DNA of 63,186 nucleotides, filler included, from Basidiobolus ranarum (taxonomy: Eukaryota), in NCBI GenBank assembly GCA_040143965.1. It is 16 parts of 16 records of this genome, joined end to end, with 100 filler letters (N's around TTAATTAATTAA, not from the genome) between each part and the next. Parts side by side here need not be neighbours in the genome. Positions count along the whole stretch, not along the records: positions 55,409 to 59,248 come from JASJQH010009130.1; positions 59,349 to 63,186 come from JASJQH010009131.1; 14 more parts are not named here. One strand, written 5' to 3'. This document shows positions 59,161 to 63,186 of this stretch, one piece after another. Both the position numbers and the translations under genes were made by a program. The notes under the pieces were generated by a model that had not been told where the DNA came from, did not search any database, and was given only the letters and a program-made list of their open reading frames with translations. Numbering within the stretch: position 1 is the first letter of the stretch; every line of letters starts with the position of its first letter.

Positions 59161-61735
59161 GTGGTTATTTTTGTTCTTGTAGATCTATAGAGCAAGCTTT
59201 AGGGCAGTGAGTTAGGAGCGTAGCAGATTTTTCTTGTCAAAGATATATNNNNNNNNNNNNNNNNNNNNNNNNNNNNNNNNNNNNNNNNNNNNTTAATTAA
59301 TTAANNNNNNNNNNNNNNNNNNNNNNNNNNNNNNNNNNNNNNNNNNNNGTGTTAGGTTCGATTAATAATCCCCAAACAGAAATGATCAAATTTCCATTTT
59401 CAGCCCATCAATCTATAACTAATTGGTCCTTCCATTCGTAACCTTTCATTCACTACCTATTATTCGCTATCATTCATTCGCTACCTTCCATTTGCTATTG
59501 TGCTTAGAAAGCAAGTTGGAGCAGATATTCGACGAAAAGTGGTTTGTTTTGCTATTCAAATGTCACGCAACCTCAACTTCCATCTAGGCATGCCATCAAA
59601 ATCATCCTTTGACTATTTAGGACGCTTGATAGAAAATCACATTGCTTTTCTCACTTGCCTTGTCATCGGGATGGTGCAGGAGTGCTTCGCTGGATGTTTA
59701 CATGAAAATCCTGCTTGCATAATAGAAGAGAGCGGATTCTAACCCTAAGCAGTGCGATAAAACCTAATTCAGTTTGGCGTTAGTGTTTCTATATCACCAT
59801 TGTTTTGAGTATTTTCCGCTCTCTTCTAAAAGGCCGATTTGTTTGCATTGAAACTTTTGGCGGGGTTCCACTTGCATTCTGATAACTATCTCCAGAAGTG
59901 TGCAATTATTTGTATTATCGTCGTGTATTTGTAATTTTGGTGTGAATTTCCAGTGACAGTCCGTTTGTAGTGGTAGATTTTACTAAATTAGCTGTACGCT
60001 AGTGAGTTTTGGGAAACTCCCATTTCAAGCTTAATGTTATCTTAATCATTCATACCGCATTCTATCAATGCTTGTGCTGGTACCAGACATTTGTCCCGTT
60101 TCATTTGCTACCTAATCTCCCAGTCTTGTGGACTTACCCTAACCCTAACCACAGTCTAGATTCAATAACTCCCCGAACTTAACCAGTGACTCGATGTCTC
60201 TTTTCTGCAGCATCAAGAACTTCCAGGTTGCTGAGATGATGGCGTATCTGGACTATATAGTAATGGCGGTGGATGTTTTATGTTTTTCATGGACAATGTG
60301 ATAACCGCCTCTAGATTGGAAGCCTTTATCTCACCTTGGCGACTCTGAATGCTCTAACTATGATTACTAAAGCTGGAATGATCGCTGATAAGATGTTACC
60401 AGGTGGAACTAATTATGGTAGATCTTTCTGTTCAAGTGATTCAAACTGTTCTGGATCTACTTGTACTTCTACCAGTAAGAAAGCTACTCCTTGAAGATAT
60501 ACTAAACAGAGCAATTATCCAGGCTAATGGGAGGTTCACGAGATTAACAATAGTTTACGTCGTAAACCATATTACAACAGTAAGCACAATAGTGATATAT
60601 TGCTCCGCGGCATAAGTTTAGGTTGAGTCAGGGAGGATGAGAAGCACTAAGTGGTGTGAACTTCACTTAGCTTAAATATTAATCCAAACAAAGCGACATT
60701 TCGGACAGTAATCTCCAAACATAGGGTGGCAGGATAGGATTGTACTCACTGAGGGGAGGAGGATGCAAAGCACCAATAAGGTATGACTTGATTAAATATA
60801 ATCACAAAGTGCCAGAAATAATATCTTATTAAAATAGGCTCTGTTACTTCGGAGTCAAAAATTGAAAAGTAGATTTAGTCTCTATCCATATACACTTTGT
60901 ATACCTTAGTAAGGGTTAGGGCTAGGAATCACTTATTTTTTCTTTGATTTCAATGAAATCATCAATGCATCGAGTCTATAGATTAATATAAGGGTAAATC
61001 GCCAACTCAGTGTTCTAAGCTTGATATACCGGTCTATGCATTTAAATATACATATACTAATAGGCATACATATGTAAGTATTAAACAACTATGCTAAGAA
61101 CACTTGGCTTACTCTTCACTTTGGCATTGCTTGTTTACGTATTAGTCGCCGCTCCTTCTATTGAACACATTTTATTCTTAATCCTGATCTATTACTCAAT
61201 AAGGCAATCATATTCCAAGCGTATTTCATTAAAAGCTTGTTTAGAACTGGAAGTATCCTCACCTATTTTATTGTTAGGAGCTAGCTATTTCGTTTTACAG
61301 AAGAACATAGCAGCTTTGGATGCCTTTTTGCCAGTACAAAAGAATTTTTGCTTCATGAAAATGGTTTCTGTGATACAGTGCGCGGGAGGGAGGGTGCCAG
61401 AATCTTATATTAGCAAACAACTGCTAGTAATGCTAAATTGAGTGAGGCAATAGAATATTCCATTTTCAGGAATAACTCCACATACTCCTTGGAGTCATTA
61501 AGATTTTGTTACTGCTTCAGGGTAGGGGGGTGAAAAGCACCAGGTGGTGTGGACTTTATTTAGCTTACATACCAATCTAAGCAAAGTGACAATCAAGACA
61601 TCAATCTTCCAAGATATTGTGATAATACAGGATCATATCCATACTTAACTTGATGACCAACATAATCAAGTTCTGAGGATGTAAATATAGTGCTAATAGG
61701 CAAAGGTGGTATGCAGAAAGGAAGGTACTCAGTAC

Positions 61736-62017
61736 TGTTGAAAGTCTGGTGACTTGTGGTACAAGCAGTAATTCCCAAAGAGGAAAGTATGGAGTATGGT
61801 GACTGCATCTGAACACAAAGCCTAAGGCCAATCAGTTGCTTGTATAGCTGAAATGCCAAAGTACCATACATTGACAGACTAGGTTAAGGTTCCCTAGCAA
61901 TATAGGCATAGCATACAAGGACTGGTAGCTCAGTGATTAGAGCACCTTGCTAGAGTGAATGAGGTCCCAGGTTCAAATCCTGGCCAGACCAATATTTCTC
62001 CCTAAATAATTTCAATT
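61736..62017 (+). mobile_element. 282-bp solo LTR with a 5-bp TSD (AGTAC) carrying an embedded tRNA-like cassette
   Basis: AGTAC (61731-61735) TGTTGAAAG ... AATTTCAATT AGTAC (62018-62022). The terminal CA is TT here but intact in the copy at 23618. Confidence 0.85.
61919..61991 (+). tRNA. tRNA-like sequence (pseudo-tRNA, nominal anticodon AGA) inside the LTR
   Basis: 73 nt: GGACTGG TA GCTC AGTGATTA GAGC A CCTTG CTAGAGT GAATG AGGTC CCAGG TTCAAAT CCTGG CCAGACC A. Perfect D and T stems, 6 of 7 acceptor pairs, A and B boxes; imperfect anticodon stem and short variable loop. Confidence 0.75.
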
Positions 62018-62299
62018 AGTACAAACTAAATGGACAATAGAACAAAACCTTGGAATAATAGGGACCAAGAAAGGAGTCTTGGAGGCAAGGTATTGCTTCC
62101 AAATATTTAGCTGGAAGTCTATAGCAACAATATTAGGCTTTTGTGTTTCACACAGTAGTAAAAATAATTTGGAAACAACAGAGTCATCTTGTATAAGTTT
62201 CTGCATGACAATGGATTTGATGAAGGTGCTGCAAGTGTTGTGCACCAATATTCAAAGTTGTTTAACATACACCACATCTATACAACCTGCCTGAATATC

Positions 62300-63186
62300 T
62301 GTTTAGTTTATCACTATTGCTAACTAGTCACCTGACCTTATCCAGTAACTTTATCATGTGACCTATCACATGATTAACTATCTATTTTCTTATCCCTTCT
62401 ATCAGATCATATGACCTATCACATGATCCTTATCCAATCAGGATTAACTGCTGAGTCATCTGCCTAGACACAAGTCAATATGAGTCACAAGATTCATAAC
62501 CAATGATCTTTCTCTGCTAAGACTTCAGCTGATGCATGACTCACTTATCTATCTATCTATCAATCCAATCACATTTTCTTTTATCAGAATTAGTCATCTA
62601 ATATCTTGGTGCTGACTAATTCACTTTGCTATCAAAAAGTATAAATAAAGCTAACTGAACCTTTTTGTTTAGTGTGTGTCTTAACAAATATAGGATCTTA
62701 ACATCTCTCAGTATTTCTCAACAAATTCAATATTCCCCTCTCATTTTTATCCAAGCCTAGTATCCATTAGCATCTACAGAACACCAAGCCTAGCTGCCTA
62801 GCAAACATACTCTCTACCATAACATAGCAATCCACTGCTATTCCCTAGACATATATTAGTTAGATCTGCTCTGCTGATATATCCTGCTTAAATAGTTTTA
62901 AGATTCTGCACTTGACTGTTTCTTAGGTTTGGTAAAGTTCAAGACTTTTTATCCACTTTTCTCTTGGACACAACATTTTTTTCATTGAATTCTATTACAC
63001 TCAACCATCAATCCAACACGGCCTTACCTACCAGTACTGTAAGCCTCAACATTTTTGATGATGCCAGAGCAGCCTATGAGAACATATCCCAACAACTCAG
63101 GCAACTTATGTCTGAGAAAGATGCACATGTTTTGGAGTACACTTCCCTTCTTCAATCAAGAGCTGATGAAGAGCAAAGACAAGACC
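62300..63186 (+). mobile_element. Possible LTR plus the start of a gag-like ORF (open about 62985 to window end) of another retroelement
   Basis: CpG-depleted, repeated (G)TCAC/GTGAC motifs like the segment at about 50150-50560, AATAAA, ...TTAACA at 62703; coiled-coil-like DDARAAYENISQQLRQLMSEK. No diagnostic motif. Confidence 0.35.

Noticed and set aside
59500-59742. 80-aa ORF in CpG-retaining unique DNA of the last contig
   Set aside because: No ATG start at the annotated position, no motifs, and no splice model could be built.
60132-60150. Telomere-like CTTACCCTAACCCTAACC (also AGGGTTAGGGCTAGG at about 60912)
   Set aside because: Only about two units, internal and in mixed orientation; not a telomere tract.
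61919-61991. Functional tRNA-Ser(AGA) or a recoding tRNA
   Set aside because: Broken anticodon stem, no long variable arm, no clear T4+ terminator, and embedded in a multicopy LTR.
62012-62248. MULE transposase-like KPNIVAIDF on the minus strand
   Set aside because: A single short motif; the opposite strand has equally weak LINE-like hints, so it is not supportable.

Overview
This is not a contiguous locus. It is 16 unrelated contigs of 3872 to 3838 bp, sorted by decreasing length and joined by identical 100-bp spacers (44 N + TTAATTAATTAA + 44 N), so neighbourhood arguments hold only within a contig. The DNA is eukaryotic, with short GT-AG introns of 57-67 nt and fungal-type proteins. An early-diverging, TE-bloated fungus such as an Entomophthorales insect pathogen is my inference. 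Five contigs carry genes: malic enzyme; an orphan secreted protein with a C-terminal hydrophobic hairpin; a hexokinase-like 3' fragment, PMP3 and a secreted tyrosinase; a head-to-head pair of secreted DUF3472-like proteins; and an SDR plus a secreted Yellow/MRJP protein. The rest is nested, decayed and strongly CpG-depleted transposon DNA: two Ty1/copia families, Ty3/gypsy fragments, and a CACTA/CMC-type DNA transposon that I reconstruct at about 5 kb with CCCTAAC...GTTAGGG termini and a divergent second ORF. The most striking item is a 282-bp solo LTR, flanked by a 5-bp target-site duplication, that contains a complete 73-nt tRNA-like cassette; a second copy lies on another contig.
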